The notes below the pieces were generated by a model that ran no database searches, was not told the origin of the DNA, and saw only the letters and a program-made list of their open reading frames with translations. From assembly GCA_030622515.1 (NCBI GenBank), contig JAUXGB010000002.1:1-40710 (forward strand): 40,710 nt of DNA, read 5' to 3'. This stretch comes from Candidatus Altiarchaeota archaeon (GTDB taxonomy: Archaea > SpSt-1190 > DYHY01). Below are positions 37,644 through 40,710 of this stretch, piece after piece; positions within the stretch are counted from its first letter, which is position 1, and every line of letters begins with the position of its first letter. A program made the position numbers and the translations under genes.

Positions 37644-38594
37644 ATGCTGCGCATACTTGGACACAAGAAAAGGGCAGTCGAAATCGATGTCAGGGAATTC
37701 GAGCCGCAGCGCGATATGAAATACTGGATTGACTGCCACGAACCAAAACCGGAAGAACTCCAGTTCATCGCCAAGACGACAAACATCCCTTTCTCAGTCA
37801 TCAAGTCGACTCTTGACGAGGAAGAACGACCTCGGGTCGAAGGTGAGCGCGGCTACTCAATAACAATTTTCAAGGTTCCTTACGAGAGCGAGGATTGGGA
37901 AAGCTTCACCGTCCCCGTAATAATCATCCAGTCGGGAAACTATTTTGTAACAATTCAGCTGAGGAACACCGATTCCATTGACAAGATTTTCAAGAAAGCC
38001 GCCAGCGGCGCAATCGACATCTTTGAGGAAGGCTCCCACTACAAAATCTACAGGATTATCAAGCAGGCTGTCCGCGGCTTCTTCCTCTCCCTCGACACGA
38101 TAGAGAAAAAAATAGACCTTATCGAGGACGCAATCCTGGCCAACACGAAAGAGAACCTTTCCGAGCAGATATTCAGGTCAAAGAAGAGGTTGATTTACTT
38201 CCACAAGGCACTGGTCGCCAACAGGGAGGTAATTATGACTATCGAGGGCGGCTTCCTCGGCAGGCTTCAACCAAAAGACCGCCAAAGGTATAGGGCAGTC
38301 TACAATGATATTGTCCAGCTAATCGATGTGGCAGGAACCCACAGGGACATCCTGACCGGCGCCCTTGACTTCTATCTCGCAAACGCCTCCAACAGGCTGA
38401 ACGAAATCATGTACAAACTGACACTAATCGCCGCACTCTTCGTTATCCCAACCGTCGTTTCATCAATCTATGGCATGAACATCGATTTTCTTCCCTTTTC
38501 CAAAGGACCCCACAGCTTCACAATCCTCATGACAATAATGATTGTCTTTACCCTCACCGCCCTCGGCTTTTTCAGAATAAAGAAGTGGATATAG
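37644..38594 (+). CDS. corA: CorA Mg/Co transporter
   Basis: EERPR, LNEIM.KLT, YGMN, two C-terminal TM helices. Confidence 0.95.
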   Translation: MLRILGHKKRAVEIDVREFEPQRDMKYWIDCHEPKPEELQFIAKTTNIPFSVIKSTLDEEERPRVEGERGYSITIFKVPYESEDWESFTVPVIIIQSGNYFVTIQLRNTDSIDKIFKKAASGAIDIFEEGSHYKIYRIIKQAVRGFFLSLDTIEKKIDLIEDAILANTKENLSEQIFRSKKRLIYFHKALVANREVIMTIEGGFLGRLQPKDRQRYRAVYNDIVQLIDVAGTHRDILTGALDFYLANASNRLNEIMYKLTLIAALFVIPTVVSSIYGMNIDFLPFSKGPHSFTILMTIMIVFTLTALGFFRIKKWI

Positions 38595-38651
38595 CTCGCA
38601 AAACCACCCGAGAAGGGCAAAAATTAAATAGCATACCTATTTTTCTAGACT

Positions 38652-38897
38652 ATGGAAGAAGACCAGATGGAGCTTGAGGAGTTTCTCCAGCAGCTGGTCT
38701 CCCTGATTGACAAAAGGTTTGAAAAGCTCGAGAAGGAGATTTCAGGCTTCAAAGCCGACCTGTCCATGATAAAACATTCCTCCGGTTCCCTTCCTGACCT
38801 TCACAAGAGGCTTAACGAAGCTGAGAACCAAATCAAGGTGCTTCGCTCACGAAAAGAACCAAGCATAAGCACTGACCTGTTGAAGAGGCTTGAATGA
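38652..38897 (+). CDS. Small coiled-coil protein
   Basis: 81 aa; C-terminus similar to the next gene. Confidence 0.72.
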   Translation: MEEDQMELEEFLQQLVSLIDKRFEKLEKEISGFKADLSMIKHSSGSLPDLHKRLNEAENQIKVLRSRKEPSISTDLLKRLE

Positions 38898-39295
38898 TGG
38901 AAGAATCCGAAAAACTGCTTGAACTTGTAGGCTTGTCCAGCGAGAACAAAGCCATAGCCGAGTCGCTCAAGTCAGAGCTTCGCGGCTTCTTTACAAAGCA
39001 GGAGGAGAAAATCAACCAGCTAAATTCAAAGCTCACCAAGCTTGAGAAGCTGATGGTTGACGACTATCCCGCTATCATTGCAAAAAGATTCCAGAACATG
39101 GAGTGGAAGGTTGTCAAGCTGTCCTCTTCCAGCAACGAATCTGTCGAGAGATTTTCCCAGCAGCTTCGCAACCTGCACCACAGGCTTGACGCTCTGGAAG
39201 AATTAGATAACGAGCGCTACATCAAGTCCCTGAAACTGCTTGCAGGAAAAGAGCCGGTGAAAATCAGTTCATCGCTCCTTGAGCAGTTCTATTAA
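38894..39295 (+). CDS. Coiled-coil protein
   Basis: 133 aa; ATGA overlap. Confidence 0.72.
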   Translation: MMEESEKLLELVGLSSENKAIAESLKSELRGFFTKQEEKINQLNSKLTKLEKLMVDDYPAIIAKRFQNMEWKVVKLSSSSNESVERFSQQLRNLHHRLDALEELDNERYIKSLKLLAGKEPVKISSSLLEQFY

Positions 39296-40211
39296 CCAGC
39301 GCTTCAACGTCCTCAACCGAGCGAAGCGGGGAAACGCGCCTTCTGAACTCTGCCCCGCCAACAAGCCCTTTGGAAAACCAGATTGCCTGCTTCTTAACTT
39401 CCCCAAGCCTCTCTTTCAAACTATGCTTCCTGTACAAACCAAGAAGCTTAAGAAACATCTCCAGCTTCTCCTTTCCTGACGGCAAAGCCAATTCCTCCCC
39501 CGTCCTGAAGTAGTGAAGAATCCTGTGAAAAATATCAGGGTCGCCAACAGCAGCCCTTCCAACCATAACCCCGTCACAGCCGGTTGCTTCGAGAAGCCTC
39601 TTGGCGTCAGCCCCCGTCCAGACATCACCATTCCCAATGACCGGCACCGACAAGGCATCCTTCACTTTCTTGATTTCCCCCCAGCGGGACTTAATCCCGT
39701 AACCTTCCCCAAAGAGCCGGGCGTGAACAGCAACAGCAGCTGCGCCATTCTTTTCGCAAGCCTTCCCAATCTCCACAGCATCAATCTTCTTCCAGCCCAG
39801 CCTAATCTTGGCTGTGACAGGCACCTTAACAGCTTCTGAAACGCTTTTTACAATCTCCCCAACCTTTCCAACATCCTTAAGCAGGGCAGCACCACGGCCT
39901 GTGTTGGTCGCGCTTCCGGCAGGGCACCCGAAGTTCAAATCAATGAGCTGGCAGCTTCGCTCCAGCTTCTTGGCAACAGCGCCAGCAAGCTTCGCATCAG
40001 GCGTCACCAGCTGGATAGACAGTGGAGCTTCCTCTTTCAAGAATTGGCCAAAAACTTCCGGCTTAGCAAGGAAGCCCTGCACATCAACCATTGCTGTCGA
40101 AACCAAACCAGCCCCGGCCTCGCGGCAAAGCAGCCGAAAAGGCAAACTATTCACGCCAGCCATCGGCGCAAGAACCAGCTCGTTTTTCAGCTTGACCTTG
40201 CCAATCTCCAT
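39264..40211 (-). CDS. dus: tRNA-dihydrouridine synthase (DusB-like)
   Basis: LAPMAGV, DLNFGCP, GAALL, KIRLG, VHAR, GNGD, MVGR. Confidence 0.94.
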   Translation of the reverse strand: MEIGKVKLKNELVLAPMAGVNSLPFRLLCREAGAGLVSTAMVDVQGFLAKPEVFGQFLKEEAPLSIQLVTPDAKLAGAVAKKLERSCQLIDLNFGCPAGSATNTGRGAALLKDVGKVGEIVKSVSEAVKVPVTAKIRLGWKKIDAVEIGKACEKNGAAAVAVHARLFGEGYGIKSRWGEIKKVKDALSVPVIGNGDVWTGADAKRLLEATGCDGVMVGRAAVGDPDIFHRILHYFRTGEELALPSGKEKLEMFLKLLGLYRKHSLKERLGEVKKQAIWFSKGLVGGAEFRRRVSPLRSVEDVEALVNRTAQGAMN

Positions 40212-40708
40212 CAGGATTTCACTTCTAGAAAGTACATTGGGGTACTTTTCCCGTAAGGCTGGTCTTTTGCTTCGAAGGTTTTCTGGATTTTGAAGAAATG
40301 TCTATACTCTGCCTCTTCTTCGTCCCTATACGCGTAGAAATAGACCTTTTTGACAAACCTTTTGCACCAAAAGTTCCAGACCTTGTCAAGCAGCTTGTTA
40401 AGTTTTTCACTTTCGAGGTTGAATCCTTTGTCGCCCCCAAGTTTTTCTAACATCTCCTTTGGTTTTGAAAAGGTTCCTTGGTGGTCTTTTGGGTCATAAG
40501 CAAGGATTTGCAGTTCAAGAACAAATTCAAGCGAAGCTCTGTTTGTCGGTTCTTTGTCAGAGAAGCCCTTTAGGAGCTCGTCAATGTTTGCGAAAGGTTT
40601 TTTTCTTGGAACGCAGAAAGCACGCGTGAGAAAGACACCGTTAGGCTTTAGAAACCTCTTGACTTCTGAGAGCAGACGCTCCCTTTCCCCCCACTTGACG
40701 TTTGGCAG
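40211..40708 (-). CDS. C-terminal part of a class I SAM-dependent methyltransferase (5' truncated by the window)
   Basis: Frame open to the window edge: ...ERERLLSEVKRFLKPNGVFLTR... Confidence 0.7.
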   Translation of the reverse strand: MPNVKWGERERLLSEVKRFLKPNGVFLTRAFCVPRKKPFANIDELLKGFSDKEPTNRASLEFVLELQILAYDPKDHQGTFSKPKEMLEKLGGDKGFNLESEKLNKLLDKVWNFWCKRFVKKVYFYAYRDEEEAEYRHFFKIQKTFEAKDQPYGKSTPMYFLEVKS

Positions 40709-40710
40709 CA

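Overview
Gene-dense archaeal chromosome segment, probably from a small-genome, DPANN-like lineage (inference from GatDE, thermosome, Rpo6/Rpo12, L37ae/S17e/S27ae, Kae1, prefoldin, TATA-driven leaderless genes and overlapping convergent genes). Recognisable content: a glycogen/alpha-glucan cluster (two GH57, GT4, GH15), NDP-sugar synthase, ADP-dependent sugar kinase, MetF, PyrG, HisS, FtsZ2, SepF, CorA, Dus, a Tad-like type IV pilus locus with an unannotated 53-aa pilin, and a HEPN-MNT pair with a twin palindromic operator. No rRNA, tRNA, CRISPR array, transposase or integrase was seen. The most unusual signal is a set of long non-coding gaps (about 12350, 16110, 17370-17590, 22680-22990) that fold by eye into multi-hairpin RNAs with GGGGU(A) or GGGC motifs mostly in loops and bulges; two of them flank ftsZ. 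Other candidates: an array of orphan genes with near-identical promoters, a Pro/Tyr-rich small-protein trio with a shared motif, and a gene with a DGR-like variable-region signature. All family calls are from motif recognition; no searches or folding programs were run.
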